Of a DNA stretch of 64,000 nucleotides, positions 35,038 through 46,893 are shown piece after piece (the first letter of the stretch is position 1; each line of letters opens with the position of its first letter). The position numbers and the translations under genes were made by a program. Source of the stretch: Minisyncoccota bacterium (GTDB lineage Bacteria; Patescibacteriota; Minisyncoccia; Phycocordibacterales; UBA918); contig JBBDKG010000017.1 in the NCBI GenBank assembly GCA_040879435.1, forward strand, positions 2,060 through 66,059. Reading direction: 5' to 3'. The notes beneath the pieces were generated by a model. That model searched no databases. It had not been told where the DNA came from and saw only the letters and a list, made by a program, of their open reading frames with translations.

Positions 35038-35319
35038 TCATACTCCGATCTCATCACGCTCACTCCTTTTCCGCCCGCCAATTTTTGCAAACAGTTCAAG
35101 GAGTTCGAGTGTTGGGCACCGCCCCTGTCCTTTTAACAGAGGGAAATACCTGTTCAGGTTCTCTGGAGACATCGCAAGTCCGACTGCCTGCAGAATAACC
35201 GGAATGTCATCAGGATCGTCCATGTATGAGTTTTGGATCAGATAGACCTCTTTATCTGCGATCGTCCTGCTGATCGCCCAGCGGCCACCCTGCATATACG
35301 GCAGGTATGCTTTCTCCAT
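35038..35319 (-). CDS. hypothetical protein (93 aa)
   Basis: Internal Met of listed ORF 35038..35388 preceded by the RBS AAAGGAGAGcacgATG. No family recognised. Confidence 0.35.
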   Translation of the reverse strand: MEKAYLPYMQGGRWAISRTIADKEVYLIQNSYMDDPDDIPVILQAVGLAMSPENLNRYFPLLKGQGRCPTLELLELFAKIGGRKRSERDEIGV

Positions 35320-35340
35320 CGTGCTCTCCTTTGAAAGAAC

Positions 35341-35361
35341 AAAAAAGCCCGCGTGAGGCGG
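35341..35361 (-). terminator. candidate intrinsic terminator downstream of atp operon
   Basis: Minus strand reads CCGCCTCACGCGGGCTTTTTTG, a short GC stem followed by a U6 run. Confidence 0.35.
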
Positions 35362-35515
35362 ACTCTGTTTTGGACAACTGTTTCTCACTCATCCAAAATA
35401 CAACCCGTCTCGCGGAGCATTGAGCACGACCACCAGAACTGATGAGGGGCTGTATTTCATAGTGTATAGACTATATCATAGGTGTACTCATTCGCCACAA
35501 CCATATAAGGTTAAA

Positions 35516-35767
35516 CTAAAGCAAAATAGAAACCTGATTCTCTCCAACTTCAACAGTTCCTGACATACATTCGAACGATTCGGTCTCACCATCAGTGTTT
35601 TTCACTGTGATAGTACCTTGTTTCAATGGTGAGATAAAAGCTTCATGCTGAGGGAGTATGGTCATTTCTCCTTCCGCGCCCGGTACCGTCACAAGTGTCG
35701 CAGGCGCATCAAAGACCGGCCCGTCAACACGTGCGATCATGAGATGAAATGTTTTTTGTTCTGCCAT
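35516..35767 (-). CDS. atpC: F0F1 ATP synthase subunit epsilon
   Basis: MAEQKTFHLMIARVDGPVFDAPATLVTVPGAEGEMTILPQHEAFISPL is a typical epsilon N-terminal beta-sandwich. Last gene of the atp operon. Confidence 0.85.
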   Translation of the reverse strand: MAEQKTFHLMIARVDGPVFDAPATLVTVPGAEGEMTILPQHEAFISPLKQGTITVKNTDGETESFECMSGTVEVGENQVSILL

Positions 35768-35768
35768 A

Positions 35769-38083
<2,315 letters not shown>

Positions 38084-38096
38084 GGTCTGCAACTAT

Positions 38097-39674
38097 CTAT
38101 CCCTTTGCTACGAAAAGATCTGCATGCGTGTCGCGGAAATCTTTAATGGCGCTGTTGAGTTTTTCGGTTGTGTCATCAGAAAGGTCATGTTTGGTCTCGA
38201 TCTCTGAAAGAATATCGCTCCGATCACGCTCAATAAACGAAACGAATGCAACTTCGATCTCACGTACCCGCTCAACCGGCGCGTTCGCAAACAGTCCATT
38301 GTTCGCACCGTAGAGCGCAACCGCCTGTTTATAGAACGGGATCGGATCATTCTGTCCCTGCTTCAGGAGCTCCACATACGTGCGTCCGCTCTCAAGTCGC
38401 GCCTTGGTTTCATCATCAAGGTCAGACGCGAACTGCATGAAAGCTTCCAGCTCACGAAACTGCGCAAGCTCAAGCTTTATCTTCCCGGACACTTTCTTCA
38501 TCGCCTTCGTCTGCGCGGCAGAACCCACGCGCGACACCGAGTTACCAACATTGATCGCCGGTCGGATACCTTTGTTAAAGAGATCGCCTTCAAGGAAGAT
38601 CTGTCCATCGGTGATCGAGATCACGTTGGTCGGGATGTATGCGGAGATGTCTCCCTCCTGGGTTTCAATGACAGGGAGCGCTGTGATGGAACCACCACCA
38701 AGTGCTTCATTCAATTTCGCTGAACGCTCCAGAAGTCGTGAGTGCAGGTAGAAGATGTCTCCAGGATATGCCTCACGTCCCGGTGGACGGCGAAGAAGAA
38801 GGGAAAGCTGACGATACGCAACGGCGTGCTTCGAAAGATCGTCAAAGATCACCAGGACGTCCTTCCCCTTCTGCATAAAGTACTCACCGATCGCCACACC
38901 GGTGAAGGGTGCGATGAAGAGCATCGGGGACGCCTCCGCCGCTGAGGTCGCCACAACGGTCGTATACTTCATTGCACCCGCTGCCTCAAGCTTTGCTACG
39001 ATACTGGCTGTCTTCGAGCGCTTCTGCCCGATGGCCACATACACGCAAAGCGGACGTGTCTCCTCCGGCTCGTTCTGCTGGTTGATGATGGTGTCGATGG
39101 CCACTGTAGTTTTTCCGGTCCCGCGATCACCGATGATGAGCTCGCGCTGACCTCGTCCGATCGGGATCATGGAGTCGATGGCTTTGATACCGGTATGCAA
39201 GGGTGTGTTCACACTCGCACGATCCATCACTCCGTATGCCACGCGCTCGATCGGCATGTCGCTGTCTGTCTTGATCGGACCATTCCCATCGATGGCCTCA
39301 CCGAGTGCGTTCACCACACGACCGATGATGGCGTCACCGACCGGAACCGAGAGAAGCTTTCCGGTGCGAAGTACCCGCATTCCTTCCTTTATCCGAGCCG
39401 ATTCACCAAGCACCACCACCTTCACCGTATCTTCCTCGAGGTTGAGAATGAGTCCATAGAGTACCGATTCATCCTTCAGGATCTCCTCGAGCGGCTTTCC
39501 GTCACTGTCATCAAAAACGACCATCTCCATCATTTCCGCCTTTGAGAGGCCGTCGATCTCAGCAATGCCGTCGCCGACAGAGATAACGCTCCCGATCTCT
39601 GCAACAACGCCTTCGGCTGTTGTGTCGAGTGATTCGATCTCTTTCTTGATACGGTCAATAATTGGTGAACTCAT
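38097..39674 (-). CDS. atpA: F0F1 ATP synthase subunit alpha
   Basis: Walker A GDRGTGKT, 525 aa; highly conserved. Confidence 0.97.
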   Translation of the reverse strand: MSSPIIDRIKKEIESLDTTAEGVVAEIGSVISVGDGIAEIDGLSKAEMMEMVVFDDSDGKPLEEILKDESVLYGLILNLEEDTVKVVVLGESARIKEGMRVLRTGKLLSVPVGDAIIGRVVNALGEAIDGNGPIKTDSDMPIERVAYGVMDRASVNTPLHTGIKAIDSMIPIGRGQRELIIGDRGTGKTTVAIDTIINQQNEPEETRPLCVYVAIGQKRSKTASIVAKLEAAGAMKYTTVVATSAAEASPMLFIAPFTGVAIGEYFMQKGKDVLVIFDDLSKHAVAYRQLSLLLRRPPGREAYPGDIFYLHSRLLERSAKLNEALGGGSITALPVIETQEGDISAYIPTNVISITDGQIFLEGDLFNKGIRPAINVGNSVSRVGSAAQTKAMKKVSGKIKLELAQFRELEAFMQFASDLDDETKARLESGRTYVELLKQGQNDPIPFYKQAVALYGANNGLFANAPVERVREIEVAFVSFIERDRSDILSEIETKHDLSDDTTEKLNSAIKDFRDTHADLFVAKG

Positions 39675-39677
39675 AGT

Positions 39678-40076
39678 TTAGATACGTGATGAATTGATAA
39701 TGTTGCGGTACAGGTTATATAGTGTCCGTTTATAGCTATTGTCTGATCGTTTGTCCTTAGTGGTGACCATGAATCCTCCGATAAGGGTATCGTCGATAAC
39801 GGTCTCTGTTGGCACCGGGACATCGAGCGCCGCACACACTGCTTTGATGGCTGTTTTGTGCCGTTTCTCATCACCGTCCGTGCCGAGCGTGAGCGTCACG
39901 TTGGTGTCACGCAACCGTGCAAGTAGCTGGCGGTATAGGATCGCAAGAATGCGGCGCTTCAGCTTTCCGTGTCCCCTTCGCGCCAATGCTGCATTAAGAC
40001 CGGCAAGGGCATTCGCCGGACGCATTCCGGCGTTCAGCTGATCCATCAGTGCTTGTGCGTAGTGCTTAGGGGTCAT
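39678..40076 (-). CDS. atpH: F0F1 ATP synthase subunit delta (short form)
   Basis: OSCP-like C-terminal region (DDTLIGGFMV). Position between atpF and atpA. The start is taken at the internal Met to avoid a 100-nt overlap with atpF. Confidence 0.65.
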   Translation of the reverse strand: MTPKHYAQALMDQLNAGMRPANALAGLNAALARRGHGKLKRRILAILYRQLLARLRDTNVTLTLGTDGDEKRHKTAIKAVCAALDVPVPTETVIDDTLIGGFMVTTKDKRSDNSYKRTLYNLYRNIINSSRI

Positions 40077-40086
40077 GAAATGATAC

Positions 40087-40536
40087 TTACGAGGTCTTCT
40101 CACGAAGGACCTTCTCTGCAGTGAGTACGGCAAGGCGAGCGATCTCTGCCTCGCTTTCAGTACGTGCACGTTCCGCGATCTGCTCACTCTTCACGTTCGC
40201 TGCAGCAACAATGGATGCGGCCTTTTCTTCAGCCTGCTTCACGGTCGTATCGCCGATCTCCTCAGCGTGCGCACGTGCTCGTGAAGCTACCTGCTCAGCC
40301 TCTCCATGAGCCGCTGCAAGGATCTCCTTCCGTGATTCGTCAGCTGCAGCACGCGCTGCTGCCGCTTCCTCTGCATCTTTAACTCCCTGCTTGATCTGCT
40401 CTTCACGTTCCGAAAGGATCTTGAGCACCGGCTTATACAGGAAGTGCGTCAATACAACCGCAAGGACGGTGAAGTTAAGGATCTGTACGACAATGAGTTT
40501 TACGTCAACGCCGAATGCTTCGAGTAATTGTTCCAT
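40087..40536 (-). CDS. atpF: F0F1 ATP synthase subunit b
   Basis: Single N-terminal TM then a long A/E/R-rich coiled coil. 149 aa. Confidence 0.8.
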   Translation of the reverse strand: MEQLLEAFGVDVKLIVVQILNFTVLAVVLTHFLYKPVLKILSEREEQIKQGVKDAEEAAAARAAADESRKEILAAAHGEAEQVASRARAHAEEIGDTTVKQAEEKAASIVAAANVKSEQIAERARTESEAEIARLAVLTAEKVLREKTS

Positions 40537-40587
40537 ATGCTTAGGGTAAAGCTCATAACGCGTCGATTCGACGCAGTTTTAATGGCT

Positions 40588-40869
<282 letters not shown>

Positions 40870-40932
40870 TTAGTTACTAATGGACAACTATGAGCCAACC
40901 TGTACAGCAGGCTCATGATTACCCACTAACTG

Positions 40933-41781
40933 CTAGTGTGGTTCCTCGGTCGCAAGCTTAATGAAATACAAGGTCAAGATAGCAAAGATGAACGCTTGTA
41001 TGAACCCCACGAACACTTCATACGCAATGAGCGGCACTGGCAACACATACGGTGTGGCGAGTGCCATCACCACAAGAATGAGGGTCTTGCCGGCAAAGAT
41101 ATTGCCGAAGAGACGAAACGAGAACGCTACCAGACGCGCGAACTCAGACATGAGTTCGATAAGACCGATCGCGAACGCAAGTGGTGAAGAGAAGTTAATG
41201 AACTTCCCCGCGTACCGCCACACCCCGATCGCAAGCACACCAGCGATCTCGATGGTGAAGAAGGCGATGATCGCAAACGCGATGGTGATGTTGAGGTCTG
41301 CCGCAGGTGGGTATAGAAGAGGTATAAGGTGCCTGTCGCTCCCGTGACCTTCAAAGAACCCAACGGACGTGACCCCAGGGAATAGCCCAAGCCAGTTCAT
41401 CGCAAGGATGAACACGAAGATGGTCATAATGATCGGAAAGTACCGGCGCGTACGACTCTCGTCTTCCAGCACACTTGCGACGTAGTCGTATGCCCCGCCG
41501 ATGAGCATCTCAAGTATACTTTGGAACTTCGACGGGATCACTGCCAGCTTTCTTCCGCCAAAGAAAGCCAATACCGCCAAGAGAATCATGGTGACCCACG
41601 CGGTGAGAAGTGTTGCAGTGATGGGCATCGAACCGACCGTTCCAAGCACGTACGGGCTTAACTTGACACTGATGGCTCCTGACTCCGCAGCGAGCGCGGG
41701 GGTGGATACACCAAAGAGCGCGCCCAGAAGGAGCGTTCCTCCAACCACTCGTATTCTCGACATTACACTATGAAAGGCCAT
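40933..41781 (-). CDS. atpB: F0F1 ATP synthase subunit a
   Basis: Conserved C-terminal helices with the essential Arg (AFSFRLFGNIFAGKTL). 5-6 TM. Confidence 0.9.
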   Translation of the reverse strand: MAFHSVMSRIRVVGGTLLLGALFGVSTPALAAESGAISVKLSPYVLGTVGSMPITATLLTAWVTMILLAVLAFFGGRKLAVIPSKFQSILEMLIGGAYDYVASVLEDESRTRRYFPIIMTIFVFILAMNWLGLFPGVTSVGFFEGHGSDRHLIPLLYPPAADLNITIAFAIIAFFTIEIAGVLAIGVWRYAGKFINFSSPLAFAIGLIELMSEFARLVAFSFRLFGNIFAGKTLILVVMALATPYVLPVPLIAYEVFVGFIQAFIFAILTLYFIKLATEEPH

Positions 41782-41832
41782 ACTGCGATACTCTCCAGTC
41801 GCTCCCCTACGGAATGCAGGACAAATAAAGAT

Positions 41833-41857
41833 TTAAATCGTATTCCGTGCGATTTAA
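41833..41857. promoter_or_regulatory. inverted repeat TTAAATCG-N9-CGATTTAA upstream of atp operon
   Basis: An 8-bp perfect inverted repeat 55-80 bp upstream of the atpB start. A TGcTATTAT extended -10-like element lies nearby on the minus strand. Confidence 0.25.
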
Positions 41858-41908
41858 GACTCTGTTGCCCAACATTCCCGCTGTGGCGACGGCGTGATAA
41901 TAGCATAC

Positions 41909-41945
41909 ATCAGTGAGCACGGAAAGAAGAAAACGGGCACAAAAT
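41909..41945 (-). terminator. intrinsic terminator downstream of 41975..42709
   Basis: Minus strand reads GGAAACGGGCATTTTGTGCCCGTTTTCTTCTTTCC, a 9-bp stem followed by a U-rich tract. Confidence 0.6.
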
Positions 41946-41974
41946 GCCCGTTTCCCACCACCCTATTGTGCTCT

Positions 41975-42709
41975 CTACGCAGTGTATGCTTCGCCTGCCT
42001 GTGGAGCATCAGGTACAGACGCTACGTCTGCCTGTGGTACCTGTTTCAGTTCAAGATAGAGTACATAGACGTATGCAATGCTGATTGGAGTGAGGATCGC
42101 GTTCAGGATCAGATTTGAGACTGCGGCGACTCCCGCTCCGATGAACTCATCGAACAGGGCACCTATAAGTCCGAAGATGAGGCCGACGACGATGCCGATA
42201 GCAACCAGTACGAGCAGACGGCCGAACACCGCCCACCACTTACCTGAAACCATCCGTTTGCTCTGTTTCATTGCTTCAATACCACCGGTACCTTCAGCGA
42301 TCAGGACGTAGTAGCTGAAGGCGAACCAGACCGAGAAGATGATACCTGGAATGATAAGAAGGAGGAATCCTGCCAACACCGCAAGCGTCACCACGATCGA
42401 CAGTATCACGTACCGCCAGAAGTATGGCGTAGATGCACGATACGCATCCATGATGGAAAGTGACGGATTCATGACCGCATGGATCATCGCGATACCCATG
42501 AAGATACTGGCGATGATCACAAGGATCCACAAGATGGCCGCCAATGTATATGTGACCGGTGTTGCAAGTGCAAGTCCTTCTTGGAACTCCACCAGCATTG
42601 TCACGAGGAAGGTTAAAATGCCCGGAATGATATAAATGCCGACGAACAGTTTCGGATTCTGGAGAAACACGTCTACGGCGTTTCGAATGAGTGTAATTGG
42701 CCCTTTCAT
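41975..42709 (-). CDS. hypothetical polytopic membrane protein (about 6 TM)
   Basis: 244 aa from the internal Met MKGPITLIRNAVDVF; the ORF extends to 42769. No family recognised. Confidence 0.45.
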   Translation of the reverse strand: MKGPITLIRNAVDVFLQNPKLFVGIYIIPGILTFLVTMLVEFQEGLALATPVTYTLAAILWILVIIASIFMGIAMIHAVMNPSLSIMDAYRASTPYFWRYVILSIVVTLAVLAGFLLLIIPGIIFSVWFAFSYYVLIAEGTGGIEAMKQSKRMVSGKWWAVFGRLLVLVAIGIVVGLIFGLIGALFDEFIGAGVAAVSNLILNAILTPISIAYVYVLYLELKQVPQADVASVPDAPQAGEAYTA

Positions 42710-42812
42710 ACGCTTTGTACTTACTGGTATTTCTTCATGATAGCATGCGTACTCAAAATACCACCGCATATATCCATCAAAAGTGAATAGCCGATGAGTG
42801 CCATCAGAATCG

Positions 42813-42839
42813 AAAAAACTGCCGGCGTGGCAGTTTTTT
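42813..42839. terminator. bidirectional terminator AAAAAACTGCCggcgtGGCAGTTTTTT
   Basis: A6 / 6-bp GC stem / T6 symmetric element. Confidence 0.6.
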
Positions 42840-42974
42840 CGCTTATGTGGTTTACTCTTGGCTTGAACGCTTTCCGCCGCTCCATCGGCGACAAAACCGC
42901 GCCACTGACAATATCAAATTTTTCTTTGAAGGACTAGGTTTGAGCGTGCAAAGCACACACAATTTTGTTCTTTC

Positions 42975-43005
42975 AAAAAAAAAGCGGAACGCGTGTGCGT
43001 TCCGC
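42975..43005 (-). terminator. intrinsic terminator downstream of HTH gene
   Basis: Minus strand reads GCGGAACGCacacGCGTTCCGCTTTTTTTTT. Confidence 0.65.
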
Positions 43006-43042
43006 CGGTCGAAGTGCTTAGAAGCAGGGCACAGCAAGTTTC

Positions 43043-43354
43043 CTACTCAGTGGATTCTGTCGCATCCCGCTTCATCTTGCGGACATAGAGAGCTTGCCGA
43101 CTGACGCCGATTTCGTCGGCGATAGTTGAACTGGTGATGCGCTCACCACGCTCAAACAGACGAGCTGCACCGATAGTCTCTTGCAGGACTCCCCAGTCAG
43201 AACGCTCAAACTTTGAAAGCTCCTTGCCCATCAGCTGCTCTGCAAGTTTGCCAATGCACAGAGCTTTTTCGAACCTCTCCGTAGCGCTTAGGCCGGGAGC
43301 ACTCGTTTGCAACAAAGTCAGATGCTTGCGCGATCTAGACATGAACTCCTCCAT
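43043..43354 (-). CDS. small HTH-domain protein (transposase-OrfA/terminase-small-subunit-like HTH at C-terminus)
   Basis: 103 aa with C-terminal RITSSTIADEIGVSRQALYVRKMK, a classic HTH pattern. Located immediately 3' of tRNA-Ala. Confidence 0.45.
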   Translation of the reverse strand: MEEFMSRSRKHLTLLQTSAPGLSATERFEKALCIGKLAEQLMGKELSKFERSDWGVLQETIGAARLFERGERITSSTIADEIGVSRQALYVRKMKRDATESTE

Positions 43355-43664
43355 TTTCTGGGTTCAGTGAAACTATACCATTAGGACGACAGTGCGTCAA
43401 AAACACACAGAAAATTATTGGTCCGAATTTCCTGCTTATATGTAAAAGTTTTCTTTTCCAAAAGCAAAACGGTTGTGTCGACAATCGTCAGCTCTGCCTC
43501 TTAAAGGACGCGGAGACGCACGGTCAAGCAGGGGCTCGTACCATCTTGGTGCGAGCTCTTTCTTTTGCGCAGTACAGTCTCGTCATCTCTCCTACAGTTC
43601 TGAAATATTTCAACCCGCTCAAATTCATACACGAAGGCCCGGAGGGATACTCCGAGCCTTCGTA

Positions 43665-43738
43665 CCTACCCTTGTGGACCCGACTGGACTTGAACCAGCG
43701 ACCTCCTGAGTGCAAAACAGGCGCTCTAGCCAACTGAG
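43665..43738 (-). tRNA. tRNA-Ala (anticodon UGC)
   Basis: Minus strand reads GGGCCCGTAGCTCAGTTGGCTAGAGCGCCTGTTTTGCACTCAGGAGGTCGCTGGTTCAAGTCCAGTCGGGTCCA. It has a 7-bp acceptor stem with the G3:U70 alanine identity pair, a cloverleaf anticodon loop TTTGCAC (anticodon TGC), TTCAAGT T-loop and discriminator A. The 3'-CCA is not encoded. Confidence 0.9.
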
Positions 43739-43775
43739 CTACGGGCCCAACTTTCTGAACCAACATTTAGTTCAA

Positions 43776-43804
43776 AAGCTGGAATATAGTACTGATTTAC
43801 GCAT
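43776..43804 (-). promoter_or_regulatory. candidate sigma70 promoter for tRNA-Ala (TTGACT-N17-TACTAT)
   Basis: Minus strand reads gaTTGACTtccgatgcgtaaatcagTACTATattcc, about 35 nt upstream of the tRNA 5' end. Confidence 0.5.
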
Positions 43805-43818
43805 CGGAAGTCAATCAG

Positions 43819-44361
43819 CTATTCGACCATCCACGGTGTTTCGTTCGAAACAGACACTAGATGATTTACCGCCAGCGTTCTGTCACCTTTCCACGCAGCA
43901 TCCAGTGAGCCGATCTCCATTTGCACATACTCCCCTGTCTCTGCGTCCCTGACTGGATGGACGGTGTCTGTGTCGGCGTTATAGATGTAGCTGTAGCATT
44001 GTCCGTCATCAACATGCACTTGTACGCAGTAATAGAGCAGTCGCTGGTCTTCTGCGAGCGCTGTCTCACTCACCGCATAATGGTAGCCGTTGAAATCCTC
44101 CTCGGGAGCCATAGTACTTGCACTCACGATCCTGTCGCGTGTTCCGATCTTCACGAACAAACCTTCATTATCGATGATCACATCCCGAATGATGCCTCCA
44201 CTTTCATTGGCGGATGCAACCAATCCATATTCAGACTGCTCGGTCTGCTTTTCTGCAAACATCGGTTCCTTCTGGTCGGTAAGCTCGAAAGCAATGAATG
44301 CGGTCACAAATCCTATGATATATCCGAGTACCGCTATGACGATCTGCTCATGGCGTTTCAT
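43819..44361 (-). CDS. hypothetical bitopic membrane protein (possible FtsQ/DivIB-like position downstream of ddl)
   Basis: Start MKRHEQIVIAVLGYIIGFVTAFIAF (single TM) followed by a ~150-aa extracytoplasmic domain. The FtsQ-like call rests on synteny only. Confidence 0.4.
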   Translation of the reverse strand: MKRHEQIVIAVLGYIIGFVTAFIAFELTDQKEPMFAEKQTEQSEYGLVASANESGGIIRDVIIDNEGLFVKIGTRDRIVSASTMAPEEDFNGYHYAVSETALAEDQRLLYYCVQVHVDDGQCYSYIYNADTDTVHPVRDAETGEYVQMEIGSLDAAWKGDRTLAVNHLVSVSNETPWMVE

Positions 44362-44417
44362 ATGAAGATTGTAACACCCGAACAACGAGCTACTGTCAAC
44401 CACTGTGCATAAGGATG

Positions 44418-45395
44418 CTACCGTCTTCGCACGAGTGCATCAGTGATGAGGTGCTCAATGAATTCAGAATAGGAACAGCCGACCGCGTCGAGGGCCTTCG
44501 GCATGAGTGATTCTGCGGTCAGTCCTGGTAGCGTATTCACCTCGAGAAAATACATGCCATCATCCGCCACAATGAAGTCAGAGCGCGAATACTGCGATAG
44601 CCCGAGAATAGCATGTATCTGCGCAGCGAAATCCGAAAGCTGCCGCTTTTCATCCGCACTGAACCTTCCCGGACAGATCTCGTCAGTCTTTCCGGAGTAT
44701 TTTGCGTTGTATGTGAAAAAATGCTCCTCATCCGGTACTACGATCTCGATCGCTGGCAGTGCGTAGAGGGACTGATCGCGAAAACGTTCTACCACACCGA
44801 TCGTCGCCTCACGTCCGTGGATACGCTTCTCAACAAGAACCTCATCGCGGTGTTCAAGCAGCTGCCCGAGTATGCGTGTCAGTTCACCGCCACCTCGTGT
44901 GATGAATGTGTCCACAGACGAGCCGCTGTTCACCGGCTTGACCACACACTCATGTCCATATAGCTCCTCGATGCGGTGTGCAACACGGGCGATGTCAGTG
45001 TTGCGCCCTTTCGTGACCCGCATGTGTGGTGCCATCTTGACTGGCATGTCGTAGAGATGCTCTTTTGTGAGGATCTTATTCATCGCCAGCGACGATGCGT
45101 ACGCTTTGCTGCCAGTGTATGGAATACCAAGCCGATCGAGGAGACGCTGCACTTCTCCATCCTCACCATACGCGCCATGAAGTGCGATGAATGCGACGTC
45201 AGCGGTAGCCAGAGCGTCCTTCGGTGCACGCGGAAATCCGTCGACGATCCATTCGCCGGCCTTTGATATTACGATATCGTGCGGCTGATACGACGACTTC
45301 TGCAGCGCACCAAGCACTGAAGCACCGGTCCGCATCGAAACCTCATACTCGTCGCTTGGACCGCCACGCAGTACCGCTACTCGGGCTTCTGACAT
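44418..45395 (-). CDS. ddl: D-alanine--D-alanine ligase
   Basis: ATP-grasp enzyme, 325 aa, with N-terminal VAVLRGGPSDEYEVS and C-terminal FLEVNTLPG motifs. Confidence 0.9.
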   Translation of the reverse strand: MSEARVAVLRGGPSDEYEVSMRTGASVLGALQKSSYQPHDIVISKAGEWIVDGFPRAPKDALATADVAFIALHGAYGEDGEVQRLLDRLGIPYTGSKAYASSLAMNKILTKEHLYDMPVKMAPHMRVTKGRNTDIARVAHRIEELYGHECVVKPVNSGSSVDTFITRGGGELTRILGQLLEHRDEVLVEKRIHGREATIGVVERFRDQSLYALPAIEIVVPDEEHFFTYNAKYSGKTDEICPGRFSADEKRQLSDFAAQIHAILGLSQYSRSDFIVADDGMYFLEVNTLPGLTAESLMPKALDAVGCSYSEFIEHLITDALVRRR

Positions 45396-45435
45396 ACCCT
45401 TAGTATAACCTATGCTTCAGCCAGAAGGTCACACC

Positions 45436-46692
45436 CTACTGAAGAGCACGCTTTCTTCGCTTGCTCGTGTGGTACGCGACAGCAAATCGATGGGATTCGG
45501 CATTAGCTAGGAGGATCGAGTTCTCATGAGCTTCACGCATCGCTTTTGTCGCCAAAATACGCACGGGGCGATGTCGTTCGTCCTTCACAACCGCCACCAC
45601 CGGTATGACCGCTCCAACCTTCCGCAGCACAAACTCAGCTGCATTTTTCTGGGCGGTGCTGCCGTCAACGACAACGATCTGTGGGTACGGCCACTCAGGG
45701 TGTCCGAGCCTTCGCTCCAACACCTCCTTGAGTGCAGCGGTATCATTCGAGCCTTGTATGCTTTTGATCTTGAACTTCCGATACTCCGAAGCCTTCGCTT
45801 CTCCACCCTCAACAACGGTCATCACACCGACCATGTCCGATCCGCCAAGATGTGCGATGTCGTAGGCTTCAATACGTACGTTCCGATCGTCACGGTATAC
45901 ACGCATATCATCCTTTATGAGCGCAATGTCCTGGATGTGCTGCATTGCAAAGATCTTCCGCTTCACGGTATCCGCCTCTTCAAATCTCTCTTCCTTAGCC
46001 AAGACCTTCATCTCTCGCTCAAGTTCCTTGATGATCTGCTTCTTCTTTCCCTCAAAGAAGAGCCGAAGGTGTCTGATCGTCTTCTGGTACTCCTGCTTCG
46101 ACTGCACGTCGGGATACAGGCCGATCTGCCGGTTGAAATCGATCTGTCCCCGTGCCATCTTCGAGCGCTCAGCTCCGACCGGCAGAGAGGTATCGTAGTA
46201 CTTGAAGAGTCGTCGGATGATCTTCAGCGCCTCGCGCAGAGACTGACCGCTCGGGAACGGACCAAAATGATACTTCACCTCCTTTTCTGTGAATTGCTCA
46301 GTGAGGTCCTTCCCGCGCACGATGAGCACCCGAGGGAATGCTTCGTTGGTTATAACAAGGTGGTTGTAGCTCTTGTCGTCCTTTGAGCGTGTATTGTATT
46401 GCGGTTTATGCGTGCGTATCAGATTCGTCTCGAGAATGAGCGCCTCGAGCACAGAGTCGGTTACCGTCCATTCGAGCGCTTTTGCTTCTGCGACCATCTG
46501 CTCAATGACTTCGCTTCGCTTCTCCTTCACATCGGAGGTAAAGTAGCTGCGCACGCGATTTTTAAGCGACGTAGCCTTGCCGATATAGAGGATCTCCTTT
46601 CGTTTTCCCAAAAAGAAATACACCCCCGGTTCGTTGGGGATCTTCCTCTTCGTCAGATCTTCACGGGTCATGCGCACACTATACCCCGTCAA
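45436..46692 (-). CDS. uvrC: excinuclease ABC subunit C (short form lacking C-terminal HhH)
   Basis: N-terminal GIY-YIG (PGVYFF...ILYIGKA...), UvrBC-interaction region and RNase H-like endonuclease domain. 418 aa. Confidence 0.85.
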   Translation of the reverse strand: MTGYSVRMTREDLTKRKIPNEPGVYFFLGKRKEILYIGKATSLKNRVRSYFTSDVKEKRSEVIEQMVAEAKALEWTVTDSVLEALILETNLIRTHKPQYNTRSKDDKSYNHLVITNEAFPRVLIVRGKDLTEQFTEKEVKYHFGPFPSGQSLREALKIIRRLFKYYDTSLPVGAERSKMARGQIDFNRQIGLYPDVQSKQEYQKTIRHLRLFFEGKKKQIIKELEREMKVLAKEERFEEADTVKRKIFAMQHIQDIALIKDDMRVYRDDRNVRIEAYDIAHLGGSDMVGVMTVVEGGEAKASEYRKFKIKSIQGSNDTAALKEVLERRLGHPEWPYPQIVVVDGSTAQKNAAEFVLRKVGAVIPVVAVVKDERHRPVRILATKAMREAHENSILLANAESHRFAVAYHTSKRRKRALQ

Positions 46693-46750
46693 ATGTTTTT
46701 CGCCACTTCATGAATGATATGCTTATCAAGAGAGGTCAGGAGGACCCTTC

Positions 46751-46876
46751 CATGAACGATTCAAATCCTCTGCTCGGGGTAATCCTCACACTTGTGGTCT
46801 GTATCGGATTTATGTGGTTGCTGGTGGCAAACCTGCCTGCAAGTGCTTTCGTTTCATTTCCAGTGCAGATCGCTGA
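46751..46876 (+). CDS. candidate micro-ORF (41 aa, hydrophobic) with strong RBS and terminator
   Basis: Not in the ORF track. GGAGGAcccttccATG encodes MNDSNPLLGVILTLVVCIGFMWLLVANLPASAFVSFPSADR; the stop is followed by the 46894..46922 terminator. Confidence 0.3.
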   Translation, partial: HERFKSSARGNPHTCGLYRIYVVAGGKPACKCFRFISSADR

Positions 46877-46893
46877 GCAGACGAAATAAAGGG

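Noticed and set aside
35320-35515. Possible riboswitch or attenuator between the atp operon end and the downstream small gene
   Set aside because: I saw only a short terminator-like hairpin and no conserved riboswitch core motif.
43665-43738. Possible encoded 3'-CCA on tRNA-Ala
   Set aside because: The sequence after the discriminator A reads CAAG, so CCA is not genomically encoded. Boundaries were set without it.
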